Source: the human T2T-CHM13v2.0 reference genome, Homo sapiens. From it: a stretch of 64,000 nucleotides of DNA. Every line of letters starts with the position of its first letter. Position 1 is the stretch's first letter. The notes under the pieces are model-generated. The model did no database searches. It worked only from the letters and a program-made list of their open reading frames with translations, and was not told where the DNA came from. Positions 1 through 15,307 of this stretch are shown here, one piece after another. The position numbers were made by a program, and so were the translations under genes. The DNA is taken from NCBI RefSeq assembly GCF_009914755.1, contig NC_060936.1. One strand, 5' to 3'.

Positions 1-2639
1 CTAAATGTAAGTGTAATACATATAGGCTTAACTTTAAAGTACTATAAACTATCTCCTTTTATAAGATACTAGATGTAATTATTCAGGAATTCTTATGATG
101 TCCTTTAATGATAATATATTCTATAATATACAAAAAGAACATTAAGTATTATGCTTTGAAAAAGCTCAATGAAATCTACACTTGGCCCAAACTGTATAAG
201 AAATAGAATCTTATGGAAGGAAAAAAAAAAATACCCAAGAGTATATGTGCCAGTATCTCTAATGCAAAAGAAACAAGAAGCTGAAGTGTATTTTAGAAAG
301 AAAAACAGAAGAATGTGAGTTTGTTGCAAATAAAAGTCTATCATTCAATGATATAACAGCCTATGTTTCCAAGTATTTTACAAGTTTATACAAACTATAT
401 CTGTTTCCCTATCTGTAGCAGCAAACTTTTCCATCTGGCTACCTTCTATACATGTTGAGAGTACAGTAAAATGACTGAGAGCAGATTCTGGAGGCAGAAG
501 GTCTTTGTTGGAGGCCAAACTCCAGTCGTTACAAGTTGCATGATTAAACTCCCTAATGCCCGATATCAACCCCCTCTCTTTCTCCATATTCTTCTTCAGA
601 TAGGTGATAGAAGTTATAAAGTAAAACACTTCCTCTGGACATCTCCCTTGGGGTGTAGCATCAGCATTCCTCATTTCTTCCTTCAAAATTTGTATACCCT
701 ACATCTTCAACAATATTGAACTAATGCAATTCCACGAATGTATTTTAGAGGAATTTCTAGACAAAGATAAGGCAGTCACCATTAACTCTTCAGGTTACTG
801 ACTAATTAGTTAGGTTTTGGTTTGTTTTATTTTTTAAGGCATGAATCAGAAGTTCAGAACAGCATGAGACAGACTAGAAGTTTTTTGTTTATTTATAATG
901 TTCCTTCATTCTGTACTCACAATAACATCAAGTAATTAATTATGAGATATTAGTTGTGTATGTTGTTTTCTCACCTGTTGGTGGGCCTTTTATGTTTCTA
1001 AAAAGTGGATCACCTACTTTTTTTTGAGGGTAGATAGGAAGAGGTTTATCTAGACAAAGCTCCATGATCATTAACTTGTCGTTATGTTACCCTTTGACAA
1101 GGTGACCTCTGTTCCTCTTTTACACCCCAAATGATTTAGAATACAAGAATACTTAATGCTAGTTTCTCACATAGAGATATGAAAACTACCCAACATATAA
1201 AACTACCCAATATTTCTCATAATATAGTAAAATGTGTAAGTGCCATATTACATATCCTGCCTTCCAGTCTTTCCAACTGTTAGAAATTTTATAAATTGTC
1301 TCTTAAGAATGGAATGGCCCATACTATGTGTTCCTATTTTCTCTGGTGCAATTGATCAAGTCTATGTACTGCTGAAGGGAGAAAGCAGTGCCATATGGCA
1401 AATGACCATGATCAGGCCTGTCTGAGGTCCTCTGACTTGTATTTCAGTGACTGTGTACATGTTACTCTCTCTGCTTTGAGTGCCTTGCCTCTTCTTGCTT
1501 CCTTTCTTAATCTGGTTCATCTTCCTTTCTTCATCCTCCAAGCCATGGATAAATTTATTTCTTACATATTTATTTTTATTTTTTACATATCTACACACAA
1601 CTCTGTTGATATTTATTTCAATAGTTTGCACTTGTATAAGCCCCTTGAAGAAAGAAATCGAGCTTAGCACAGGGTTTGTCACATGGTAGATATTTAAATG
1701 TTTGACTGAGTGCATACTTTGATGGTATTGAACCATTCAGCAAGCACATTGCAAAATATATTGTGATCAATGATGAGGAGAAGACACTGAGCTGATAATA
1801 TCGCTGTGTAGATAGTGGTATCTAGTGATAAAATTTTGGATAAGAAATTCTCCACTTACATGAAAATAGATACAGATTCTCCCTTTCTAACAGCCATGGA
1901 AACTTAAACTTTACTGGAGAAGACAATAATTTGTGGCAAAAGGAAAAGGATAAACTAAAGAAGTTTATTTTTCCCCTGGCACATAACGCCCATTACAATT
2001 AAAGTGTTAAGCTGAACTGTAAAGGGATTATAGAGTCTCCATTTTTCCATATAATCAGTTCATTTTCTCCATAAAGTGAATTACAATAGGGACATGATCT
2101 CTCAGGAATATAATGAAAGTTTTATACCAGTAGACCTTAAAGGCACAAGCCTCATTTTTTAAAAAATGAATAAATGTCTTCAAAAGGAATATCTTACAAA
2201 ATGATTTGAAAATAAGGGTACTCATGGAAAATCCTAATTATCAGAATGTTTCATTATAGCCTTTCAATTGCATCAACCAAATAGAAACATTATTTCTTCA
2301 TTTTCTGTTTTGTAGTCATAACTGAGAATAACGATGGCCAAGTGGGATTGCATTTCTCTAAAGACAAATAATAGCTGTTATAAATAAGCAACATATGAGA
2401 ACTTTAATATTGATATATTTATCAAGCAGAGTAGAAATAAAGCTATACCTGGTTATTATGTTAAGCACTTAACACACGAACAAATCAATTAATAAATTAT
2501 TATTTAGTGGACACTAATTTCACTAAATACCATTACATTCACTAAGTGTGCAAGGAAAACTGAAGCTCCAAAATTGCAATTCTTAAAAGTTTTTCAAGTT
2601 ACTCATTATAGGAATATTCCTGCTAATAAATTAAGAAGT

Positions 2640-3545
<906 letters not shown>

Positions 3546-5109
3546 TGAAATTCTGGCCACTTCACCAACGAGATTTCTTGCTAGCTCATTTTGTGCAAGG
3601 GCTCCAGCCTTTTGCCCTGTTATTCAGCACTCTTTCCTCTCTACCATCTGCTTCCCCTATTTTCTGGACCTGTTTTATTCACCAATCCATCTACATGCAC
3701 AGACTCTTAATTCTCACACTTACTTAAAGGAGAAGTTCGGTCTCCATCTCCTACAGCTTACTGAGGTTCTGCCTTTGCAGAAACAAAGACTCACTAATGT
3801 ATTCTACTAAGCAATGGGCCACCTACACCAGGTGCCAACTGTTAGCACCCCACACTGGCAAAGGCATTATTATTAATAAAATGTCCAATATTTAATCTCC
3901 TTCTGACAACAAAGCCCTATAAGATAAAAGGAGTAAACATATTTTAATTTCCTCCACTCCTCTGAATTATGCAGCCACTAACCTCATTCAGCTCTTTAAA
4001 AGGCAGAAATGGCTAAGATCAGAAGATGGTTCAGTTTTACATGATTTTTTTTTAAGGGAAGGGTTCCCTCTCTATAACTGTTACTTTTTTTTCATGAGAC
4101 ATTTGTATTGCTTGAATATAATTGGCACAAAATTGGAGACAAGAAAGTTCTCTCAGAATTTAAATTTATAACAAGTACCATGTAAAGCGAGTGCTTTGAA
4201 TATTTTAGTGAATATTCTGGGGAGGCAACTTTGCATTCCAGTTATGTATTTCATATCTTAATTTAGAAAGACAGAGAGGTGTGTCATTTACTTAAAATGT
4301 CCTTTTAAGTCATTAATTAAAATTACCTCTAAATTAGGATTGCATAGTCTAATTTCATTCCTGACTATGGGTCATATATCATCCATTTAAATAGCTCTAA
4401 CAGAAAATCAATCTCCTTTTCTCACTCAGAGCAGACCATTTAAATCTTCTAAGTGTAGGATGCATAATAGAAAGTTGAGGACTAAAGGAGGCAAGAGTTA
4501 GTGAGTTTCTCTCACTAGGGTTTCTCTTTAGGATCAAGGCAATTTCATGTATAGGACAATCTTCAAGAAAACAACATAATCTTGTCATAATGCAGTGCAG
4601 TTATTTGGATTCCAGTGTAGCAAGTTTTGCTCTCAATTAGCCTAAGTTATCTTTCCCTAAAGCTTCAAGTCACCAGTTTCATCCACTATGTCACATGTAA
4701 TAATGGAAGGATCCAGAAAGCTGCTTTGTTCCAAGGCCGACGGGAAGTATTAGATGCAGACCCAAAGTTCCCATGTGGAGGGAGCCCTAACCTAATGTCA
4801 AGCATCTCTTCTGTCAAGCCCGAAAGCTTATTTTACTAGGACTGACTCATCCAGCAACACAACGTAGCTACTGCATGAAAGGGCTTCACGATCACATAAC
4901 CTCTCTTTGTGAATTATCCAAACCTAAAAGCAGTTTCTCAATATTTTCAACTGCCAAGCAATTACTCCAGTCAATGTAGTTACCATCTATCCTCAGTTTT
5001 CTCAAATGTTTTTCCTTTATAACCTTGGCTTCTCCTGCTACAATTATTTGTTCCACTTTTTAACAACAGCAACAACAACAAAACAAGGTTCTACTATGGT
5101 GGCGCTCGC

Positions 5110-5312
5110 ACTGGTATCGGATCAGCTTTAGTTTAAATCACTGCTCTGGAAGGTACTAACACTATGATTTGGGGCTAGTAAGTTACCCTCAATAAGTCTT
5201 AATTTCCTGATCTGCAAAAATGAACATGGTAACAATATATTTCTCTTGGGTTCTTTAAATGAGATAATTTGCAGCAGACCTGAAGTACAGTGTCCCATAT
5301 ATTATATTCAAT
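5110..5312 (+). mobile_element. MIR SINE
   Basis: Degenerate MIR core 'agtaagttaccctcaataagtcttaatttcctgatctgcaaaaatg...aaatgagataat...tacagtgtccca'. Confidence 0.7.
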
Positions 5313-6399
5313 CAAAATTGGCAGCTGATTGTTTTCAAAGAAAGTTAAAAGCATATGTTTGTTAACTTTAGAAATTAATCAGTGACATAACTGAAATTTT
5401 AAATCCAGGATTGTAGGCCTTAGTAGCACACCAAAGTTTACACATTAAAGAGTAACCAATTAGTCTCTGCTGGCAGACTAGCTGGTCCACACCACACAGC
5501 AGTGGTGTCTTCATACTCACTTGTAGTCACTAAGCAATTATTTGGTGTCAAGAAATATTTAAATCCAGGCTTTCTGACCCCTAAACTATTACAGTCTCTT
5601 TCTTGTGCAACTAAATGTCCTTAACCACAACTTCTTTTCCAAGGGCTTGAAAAGAGCAAATGTTGAACTCCACACACTAAAAAAGAATATTAACAACAAA
5701 AACATAAAACAGCTACAACTTCAGCTTTTGCCATTCCGTAGGAGAGAATATTTATCACTCTCTGTATTTCTCTTTTAATTCATATTGCAAGCTTATCAGG
5801 GAATACTGCCTCTTCAATGAGGAGAACTATAATTTGGGGGGAAGACATTCAATTCAGAGCACATATTAGGGAATGTGATTTTACCCCTACGTTGAACCAT
5901 TGTCTCCAATCAGATTCCTTTGTCTTATTTCCCAGTTGTTTCTAAACTCAATTTCAGAGCAATATTTATTGGCTTCTACAAATACTATTATCCATCAATA
6001 GGCAACAGGTATAGTAGAACAAACTGGGTAAGCAATGTAGTTGTATTCCTCAAGCTAATGGGTAATTTGCTGTGCTCTTTTCCCATGTCCAGGGCAAGTG
6101 GTAATGCCCCAGATAAAGGAGGCTGTGTCACCTGTTGAAACAGAGGGAATATGTCACAGATGATGATCCCACAGTTGCTGTCTCAGATGGAACATGGGGT
6201 CAACTGTGTTTATGCTGTATTTTAGAATAAGATAAAGATATTCTAGTTTATGTTTCACACCAGTATAAGAAAAGAAACCTTTAAAAATATATATCAGATA
6301 GTTTCACTCGCTGGCTTAACATTCTCTAAATGGCTCCATTTGGCACTTAGCACAAACTCCAAACTCCATAAAATAGTGTATGTTCATTGTTTTAAAACA

Positions 6400-7200
6400 G
6401 TGCTATTCACCAAGTCTTTTCTGATTTTCTTCTTTCTGCCACATAGTAAATTTACATTTCCCCAACCCCTCTGTAGATATGTACATACATCTATGTGACT
6501 TGCTGTTGCAAAGGAAATGCAAGCAGAAATCAAATGACCTATTCTGGAAGTAAATTTTTAGGGACAGTGTTTGATTCACATTTTCTTCTCATTGCTATAG
6601 TGACATTGGTGAACCAAGAAAGGATAAACTTCTCTCAGCCTTTAAGTGACTGTAATGAGTTTTCCTATTGACCTGCTCTGAGCAAGAAATAGTGTTGTGT
6701 TTGTTTGGGTACATGAGCGTGCACGTGTGTGTGTGTGCACATGCGCTTTATGTCACTGAGATTGTAGGGTTCTATTGTCACAGCATAATCTAGCTCAATT
6801 TGATTAGTCTAAAAATTGGTACAATGTTATGTAACTCAGTGTTAAAATATTAGATTGGCTTCATGGCCACTTGGTGGGTAGTAAAAAATCTTTTATCAAA
6901 TACTGGAAATATAGTGTTCTATGTCCTTGAGAGGCAAAATATTTGGTAAACTAATATTTTAAATAACTTAGAAGCAGATGTTGTATTATAAGTCTAAGGA
7001 AAGAGATTGGATACTAGAACATGTGTACTGTATAGATTCCTCTTTTGACCAGGAAGAGATGAGCACAGATGAGAATTGGAGGATATTAAGGGAATAGAAA
7101 TAAATTGAAGAAACTAGAGGAGTTGATGAAGTAATTACCATCCCACTGTACAAAGATTAAAATATAGAATATTAAAGACTTTGCTGGCTGCTATATGGAA
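6400..7200 (+). mobile_element. Old MLT1 (MaLR) LTR plus start of internal region
   Basis: 'catttccccaacccctctg...atgtgacttgctgttgcaaaggaaatgcaagcagaa...gtcactgagattgtagggtt...acagcataatctagc', followed by the MaLR-int start 'aaattggtac' at ~6813. Confidence 0.55.
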
Positions 7201-7950
7201 AATGAATTGATTAGAGTGAAGATTGATGAATCAGAAATATCATTTTGTGAGTCATACAAGGCATGTTAATGGCTTGGACATGGAAGACAGCAACAGTGAT
7301 ATGTAGAACTCGATAGATTCATTTGGTATATATTTTACAGGGAAAACTAGCTGGATGTGCGTTTGAAGAGAGATATCAAGAATGAATTTAAGATTCTAGC
7401 TCAAGTAACTAGAAAAACATTGATACTATTTGAGGGCATAGAAAATATTAGGTGAAAGCAGGATTTCTTTGCATGTTTTGCTTGGCATATTTGATTTCTA
7501 AATGGTAATTACAAGTTGAAATTTGTGCATATAAATCTTTATTTCAGTGGAGAAGTTAGAGTGAGAAACACGTATTTGATCATCAGGCAATTGAAGAAGA
7601 TCATCTAGGAATAAGTGCAAATAGAGAAAATAAAAACCCCAAAGGTCAAGGATAATCCAGGAAAGGATCATGACAAGAAGTATCAAAAAGGAAGAGGGAC
7701 ACCATTAAAACAAATAGAGAGTACTTCAAGGATGATTATCAACTCCAACTGATGCCAGTAGGAAATCAATTAAGATGAGGACTTCCAAGTCCACTAGATG
7801 ACAAATTTCAGGAGGGCAGGACATTTTGACTGTTTATTTCACTACTGTATCTCCAATACTTACAGTAATGCCCGGGGGAAAAAAATGATGGTAGAGTGGG
7901 ATAAGATAGCTGCTAGAGGGAGATAAGGAGTCAATACAAATTTTAAGATG
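7200..7950 (-). mobile_element. L2 LINE fragments
   Basis: Antisense L2 motif 'atcaagaatgaatttaagattctagctcaagtaactag'. A + strand L2 3'-end piece lies at ~7790-7875. Confidence 0.55.
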
Positions 7951-8139
7951 AGAAAACTAGTCCCATCAGAGGTTTTACTTCAATAATCTTTTCCTTCCAC
8001 AGTCTTTTCTTTTGGCATTGTTTCTCTTCCATTTTTATCTACTAATACAGTTGCAATATGTTATTGAGTTTTACTAAGAACTGAACCCAGAATTTTTTAA
8101 AAAATACACTCATTTTTGTCCTCACAGTAAATTTAGTTA

Positions 8140-8232
8140 AGGGGTTGCATGTCTCTTTGATCTCATTCTTGATTCCCCAGTTACTAGCACATTTCCTGGC
8201 ACATAATAAATAAGCAATAACTATTGTTAAAT
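8140..8232 (+). mobile_element. L2 3' end
   Basis: 'tccccagttactagcacatttcctggcacataataaataagcaataactattgttaaat'. Confidence 0.6.
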
Positions 8233-8762
8233 AGATTATAAATATTTTTCTCCTTTTAAATGGCAATATCTTTCCTTGACCATTGTGAAATTTCTTTGTT
8301 TTCTTAATTTGTATAGAGAGAAACCCAAGTCTACTCAGCACTTGGATTTAATATGGGATCAGGACGGGATGGCAGAAGGTAAGATTTGATGATTTCTATA
8401 AACTACTGCATACAGTTCAGAAATCCTTCAGAGTGGAAGTAGGATAGAAATACCTGGGACTATATGAAAGGATGATAGGGACCTTTACTTCTCTGATAAT
8501 GTTTTTTTCTCTCTCTCTTTTTATTTGTTATGAAGTATGTGAATTTGCACCAGAGGTTTCCATGTTTTTTGTACAGCATTATTATCCAAACTTCAGCGCT
8601 GTTCTTCCACTATTAATTAATGTATCGTTTATCAAATGAGGCACTCAATGAATGAGAACTCTGTCTTTGCTGTTGTCATCATCTTCATTATTGTTATTAT
8701 TGACTTAGAATTTCAATTTCTCAAATCTTTGTCTTGAGATAGCCTCCTGAAATGTATTTCTT

Positions 8763-9083
8763 TCTTTTTTTTTTTTTTTTTTTTTTTTTTTTCTGGAGAC
8801 GTGGTTTCGCTTTTGTTGCCCACGCTGGAGTACGGTGGCACAATCTTGGCTCACTGCAACTTCTCCCTCCTAGGTTCAAGCCATTCTCCTGCCTCAACCG
8901 CCTCAGTAGCTGGGATTATAGGCGCCCACCGCCACGCCCGGCTAATTTTTTTGTATTTTTAGTACAGACGGGGTTTCACCATGTTGGCCAGGCTAGCCAG
9001 GCTGGTCTTGAACTCCTGAACTCAGGTGATCCATCCGCCTCCACCTCCCAAAGTGCTGGGAGGTGTGACCACCGCGCTCAGCC
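8763..9083 (-). mobile_element. AluS, full length
   Basis: Poly-T then antisense Alu. Perfect 16-bp TSD ctgaaatgtatttctt at 8747-8762 and 9085-9100. Confidence 0.97.
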
Positions 9084-10671
9084 TCTGAAATGTATTTCTT
9101 AGTCCAGTGACTAGATGGCTTTTGGGTTAAGTGAGTGGTAAGCACACAGTTGGTTCTCTTCCTGCTTCATCATTCACTCCTTTCTGTAGTTTAACTCTTC
9201 AGCATTCAAGCTGTCAGTGAGATTCTCTCAGTCTCCTGTCCTTATTTTCTTATCACTCTACTTTTCTCAGATACAAGAGAATTACCATTGGCAACTTTTA
9301 CTCTTCCTCCTTGGAATTCCTCAAGAGTAAATGTCACCCTTCCAGAGTTTCTCTAGACATAGAAACTTTGTGGTAGATTTCAATAAATCACTGATAAAGT
9401 ATTAATAAGAAAAAAACTCCTTTATACTACCTTATATAAAAGTTGTTTCTCACCTATTTTTAAATTATGCTAGCTTGTATTTTATTTAATTATGAAAATA
9501 CTCTTAAGAACATTTTAAATAAAGTAGTATATGTATAAAAAATTACTGCCAAACAGAAAGTGGAGAGAGAGAGAAGGAGAGAGAAGAAGGGGAGTCTGTG
9601 ACTGTGTTTGTTGGGGGTAAATGTCTTTTAAAATATAAAAAAAAATCTGTACTCAGTAAGAATCTGAGGTGAAATTGTTTCATATTGCTGAAACATGTCC
9701 TTATTTTCTACTGAATGTCTATATCCTTTCTCTCTTTCACAGCACATCATTTGGGAGGGAAAAATCAATGATGTAGTTGTCGCTTTCTGAAATTATATGT
9801 CTTAGACACATGGATTCCTTGGGTCATTGCTGTTTTTCACTAGTGGAAAATATAATGAAAACTGCATAATGGAAAGAACAATTCCAATGAGAGCAGGTTA
9901 AACTGTAGCAGAATTTTAAACTTGAAATGTGAGCTACAGAATAAGCAATTAATGTAAGTTTCATCTCTGTAAAAATAAGAAGTTCTTTGTCTAGAATAAC
10001 ACTAAATTTAAGAAATCTTGCAAAATTTAGAATCTTCCTATGTATTAAAAAATATTTTAATCATAAATGAAGTTGGCATTCCTAATGACTTCAAAGCTAG
10101 GACACAGAAATTAAAAGGTGTCCTAAAATGAAAGCGTACCCCTGAGGAATTATCATTTAAGTGTTATCTGCATGTGTAAATCCATGAATAAAGCTAAGAA
10201 ATCAGTTTCAGTGAAACTATATAAACATGGAAATGACATGAATATTGAATATAAATTGTTAAATAACAATATCTCAGAACAACTAAAACCTGGGATGTAT
10301 TTAATAATACAAATCAGAAAGTGGCATGATGTTCCTCCTTCTTCTAAATGAAATAATTCACTCTTATTTACCCTCAATCAAGAATTTCTTCTATGCTGCC
10401 CTCCTCCATTAGCAAAACTTGAGTTAATTTATCAGTCACATTTTCATATATAAAACAGAGAGCACCTCAGGCTAAATTCAGACATAGTTAGCTAGAGAAC
10501 ACAGTGCTCAGATTACAGAGACAGAAAGTTGAAGAACCATGGATACAAAGAGAAAGAAGCCTTCCTAAACCAATAAGAAATTTTAAAATATACTCTGGGA
10601 GGAGAAAAGCGATTCCCAACATATGTAAAATTAGAGAAAAGTATTACAAGACACTGAAAAAGTTAACCATG

Positions 10672-11192
10672 TGTATTAGTTGTCTACTGCTGCATTAAAA
10701 ACTACCCCCAAATTTAGCAAATTAGCACATTTATTATCACAAAGTTTCTGTGAGTCAGGGATTGAATAGTGGCTTAGCTGGGTGGTTCAGGATCAGTGTC
10801 TCTCACAAGGTGCAGTCAAGATATCAGCTGGGACTAAAGCCATCAGAAGGTTTGACTGGGACTGGAAAATCTGCTTATACCATGGCTCACTTACGTTCTT
10901 GGCAGAAGGCCTTAGTTCCTTGCTAGATGTTGACAGGAGGCCTCAGGTCCTGGCTTGGAGCTCATAGGACTATTTGAGTGTTCTCATGGCATCAGATACA
11001 GCTCCTCTTATTAGAGAAAAGCTCCAAGCCACAGTGTCTTTTATGATCCCATCTCTGAAGTCATATATAATGGCTTCTGTTATATTCTGTTGGTCAAACA
11101 CCAATCCAATTAACATGTGACAGGAAACTACACACAAATGTGAATACCTAAAATAGGGATCATTAGAGCCCTCTCACAATCTGGTGATCACA
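10672..11192 (-). mobile_element. MLT1F-like MaLR solo LTR
   Basis: 'tgtattagttgtctactgctgcattaaaaactacccccaaatttag...tttctgtgagtcagggattgaatagtggcttagctgggtggttc...catggctcact'. Confidence 0.75.
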
Positions 11193-11655
11193 CACAGGGC
11201 CTGTAACTCATTTTCTCCTTCTTAGGAGACATCTGAGGTGCTGTGGATATAAACCAGAGCCTTCTATAAATATGCTCAGAGTAGTTTACTTGCTGGGAAG
11301 TAACTAGAAAAGTTTTCACCTATGGTTGCTCTTAGCAGGCTATGTTTGATCTCATTAAATTGATTATTGAAAATCCCAGAATTCATTGGTTGAGAGATGC
11401 ACCTGGCTAGAAAGTTGAAAGTAACACATAGTCTCCCTACCCTTGCATGATTCACCAAGCATAAGACTTAGGAAAGTCTAAACTTACACATCTGTACCAC
11501 AGGGATTGTCAGTGTTGATGTATCAATCCAAAAGTTAAACGTGCTACACTGTGGGAAAAGAGGCCATTAAAAAACTGCATCTGATAAGTTTGGAGACCTC
11601 TCTAGAAAAGAATGCTGAATCTGTGCCTGATTTTTGCTTGCATCATTTGGTAAGT

Positions 11656-12090
11656 GTTATAGGTTGAACTGCATCCAGCAAAAGTAAAAGTTGGAGTCCT
11701 ATCTCTCAGTGCCACAGAATGCAAACTTATTTGAAAATAGAGTCTCACAGACATAAATAGTTAAAACAAAGTCTTACTGGAGTAGAATGAGCCCTTAATT
11801 CAGTATGACTTATGTCCTTATTAAAAAATGATATGAATATGTAGGGGGAGAATATCATGTAACAATGGAGGCAGAAGTTGATGTTATTCATCTGCAAACT
11901 AAAGAACATCAAGGATTGCCAGCTACACCAGAAACTAAGAGAAAGGCATGGAAAAAATTTTCCCTAGAATATTACTTAGCATGTGGCCCTACAGAAACAT
12001 GATTTCAGACTTCTGGCCTCCAGAATTATAGGAGATACATTACTCTTATCCTAAGCCACCCAACTTGTGGTGCTTTATTAAGTGAATACA
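11656..12090 (+). mobile_element. MLT1B/MLT1C-like MaLR solo LTR
   Basis: Begins 'tgttataggttgaactg'. Contains 'gatttcagacttctggcctccagaa' and 'taagccacccaacttgtggt'. Ends 'aataca'. Confidence 0.85.
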
Positions 12091-12727
12091 ACAAGCATTA
12101 GCAAATTTTGGTGGGAGGGATTTATGATGTGCCTGAGTCTACTTTGACAAATCAACATTCTGTGCAATGCAGATTAGTGGCAGTAGTAAAATTGGCATTC
12201 AGACCACAAATTATAATGGCTAAAGCATTTGGAGGCAAAAAGAAGAAAAGGAAGTCAGGAAAAGCATGATAATAACTTAATAATGACATCACTTTCTACA
12301 TATTCTTGATATAAAGAGATGAGAGCCTTGAAGTAGATTACAGAGGATAATCTTCTTAATTAATTGTAAAAATTTGCCCTTAGGCTGAAGGAAATGGATT
12401 AAAAGGATGGACAGAGAAGGCTAAGCAAGGGGAAAGTTGACTAAAAGTACTATTTCTAGAGTTTATAGCAGTACTGGTGAAAATTAAATTCCTAAAGAAG
12501 AAAACTAGAATAAAAACATCATTTTCTCCACTCAAATGCATTGTTAAGAAGAAAATTAAAACTAATCTCAACACTCTACAATATGTTGTGTAGATCCTAC
12601 ATGTATGCTTATTAAATGAATAATTACTTTTCAGTATATAATATAAATTCAGGCATCATCAAGTATTTATGTGTGGTCTTTATAAAGCATTGAGGTAAGG
12701 TATTCATCAAAGTATTTTTATAAATAG

Positions 12728-13062
12728 TGTTAAGAGATACACTTTGGCAAATTAAAATTTTAAGGAGTGTATCTGAGTGATAGTGATTCATTAATCAGGC
12801 ATCTCTAGACTGCAAGAGAACAGGGTCTCAGATAAAAGGGCACAGGGAAAGGCTCTTATAGGGTGAAGTCGAAGCTAAGCAGGAGAATAATTTGGTTGAC
12901 GTTTGAGCAATTGAGTTATTTGAGCTATCCCACTAAGAAGTTTAAAACAATGTAAGTGATGCCTACCTTGTGATTGGCTGAGCTTAAGTTTCATTTTTAT
13001 GCAGAAACCCAGGGTGTTGGAGCTGCCTCAGTCTAAAAGCCTCTCATTTCACAAATTTAACA
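12728..13062 (-). mobile_element. ERV1-class (MER4-group-like) solo LTR
   Basis: TGTTAA...TTAACA termini, near-TSD atag/ataa, 'tgattggctgagcttaagtttc' (CCAAT on the minus strand). Subfamily not determined. Confidence 0.6.
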
Positions 13063-14521
13063 ATAAATATATGAGAAATGTGCATTCTAAGTGGCTATTT
13101 TTTTTTTAATTTTGTTGCTCAGAGTGGGAAGTGCTTGATTATTGCTTAAAGTTAATGATGTTAAAAAAAAAGTTAGAGAAAAACTAAATGGATAGTGGAT
13201 AAGCTATTACTAATGTGACCCTCCATTAAGAAAGTTCTATGAAAGTAAGAAATTACGATGCAAAGTGAATGAAGATTTAGTAAAGTAAAACATCAGAGGA
13301 ATTGACAGATCACTTCTAAGAGAAATGGCTTCGTGTTAGAATAATTTAATGCAGTTATATTTATTTGTTACTAATTTTCTTTGTTAATAAATTTAATACT
13401 AGTCCATTAAAATTCCACTAATATTGTAAACTGCTTGGGATGGGTGGATTCATTCTTCATAGCATTTTAGTAGTAAGAGTAATATTGTTTTGTCATCCTT
13501 GTCACAGAACACTTATGAAATCAGACTTTGGATATGTTGCACTATATATTTATTGAATGCTTACTAAATGACTAAGTTTATGCACAGTAGATGTCACTAT
13601 TATACTCAATACTAAAAGGAATATAACTCTAAATAAATTATAAACTATATGACATATTCTCTTATGCCCAATGCCCTCCAGAGGATTGCATTTATATCTG
13701 TTGTTAATGATAAAGATGATGACCATATACATAGGGAAAGAGACAATATGCCTATTAGCTATACTCAGAGAGAATACATTTACTGTAATCAAATAGAAGA
13801 CAAAAATGGCACCCTAATTCTATTATTTTAGTTTTCAACTATAAGCACTTTCAAATTACTGAATCTTTCAAGAGATACAAGAAGTAATTTGGAATTTGTC
13901 AAAGCAATTTTTATTCATTTAACAAGAATTCAATTTAATCAACAAATCATTTGTGAATAATACTGGAAAATTAACGAATTTGGTGCTCTACAATTGCCTA
14001 AATGCTTCAATCCTTTAAGATGAGGAAATATAAGCAATTGAATAGTTTGAAAGTAAATGTTCTATACTTACATTTGGGATAAGCAATTTAAAATGACTGT
14101 TGCCTCTGAAGGATGTCAGTCTAATTTTCAGCAATTGTAATACATTATTACTATGTACATATTTCATTAACATGGAAGTAAAATCTGTCCCCTCTTTTAA
14201 GTATAAGACTAAAAGTGTTGCACTCAAAGAGATCCTGGTGAAAAGTCATTTTGACATGAGACAAAAAAATAGAAATGGAAACAATCACAGGGAAAACTTA
14301 TTGGTTTAAGTATATCTATCAAAACTACAACACTTGTTGACTAGGAACTCAGTTTAATTATAAAACTTTATGATTAATGTATGATTGTTCATTCAACAAA
14401 TCCTTACCCTTTCCTCTATCCATTTCATCTTCATTACACTAATCAACGTAAGTAACATTTTCACATTAACCTTGCAACTTTGTATTGTACTGTCTATAAT
14501 CACTAAAATTCAGAATTGTTG

Positions 14522-14642
14522 ATTTTTATTGATTCCTAATATATGCACCTGTTCAGGGGATACATGTGATAATTTAATACATTAATACAATGTGCAAAGA
14601 TCAAATCAGGGAAATTAGGATATTCATCACCTTAAATATTTA
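14522..14642 (-). mobile_element. L1MA 3'-end fragment
   Basis: 'ggggatacatgtgataatttaatacatt...gatcaaatcagggaaattaggatattcatcaccttaaatattt'. Confidence 0.8.
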
Positions 14643-15307
14643 AAATCATCAATTTTTATTGCCAAAGTATTTTCCCACTTCCTTGCAATTAAGATTTCCT
14701 GGTGAAAGAACAAAAATCAAAATAGTTATATCCTGAATGGACATCAACTCCATCTCAAGAAAGGCAGCAATTTCTAAGAGAACTGGTTGATCACAAGCTT
14801 TTGAGCTGACTCAGCTGCACTGCTAAAAGCCCTGACCTTGAATCAAGATTAAGGGATCCACTAATGAAAGCCAGCTCTGGCAGTTTTTCAGCACTACCAC
14901 TGGCAAATGGTCTTCAAATCAGAAATTTTCATAAAAATCCATGGAAGATGTAAGCCCATCAAAATCTTGTATCTACTTATTTTCTTAAGGATTTTGTTTT
15001 ATAAGCAAGAGTTACAACCAAATTTTAATATGAAAAATATATAAATCTAATATGCAATATAAGTAAATCTATATTTGCATGTGTGTATGTGTGTAAATAT
15101 GCATGCCTTTAAAAGTTTTTCTTATTGAGTTTACCATCATAATCTTCATAATGGTTGGGAAGCCAGTATGCAATTTACCAGAAAGTGATAACAATGCCAG
15201 AAGGGATTTTTGTTTCATTGGAGTTCTGGCAGAGGTTGTCCAAGGAATTATTTAGAAAGTTTAACACCTTGCTTAAACCATTTTACAAAGGCACCCCATC
15301 ATTTCGT

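Noticed and set aside
378-719. Overlapping 102-aa (-) and 82-aa (+) ORFs in unique-looking sequence
   Set aside because: No recognisable domain, no convincing splice-site pair, and non-ATG or weak starts. Cannot be supported as an exon without homology or expression data.
1182-1214. Short tandem duplication aaaactacccaa(c/t)at (similar ones at 15693-15723, 30576-30598, 45281-45317)
   Set aside because: Ordinary slippage duplications with no further structure.
8752-9102. Alu-derived ORFs (also 3175-3474, 31578-31841, 37515-37808, 43755-44027)
   Set aside because: Translations of Alu sequence, not genes.
9721-9959. Possible exon: acceptor ...ctttcacag (9742) to donor aat|gtaagt (~9953)
   Set aside because: Such signals are frequent by chance in AT-rich DNA and there is no coding support.
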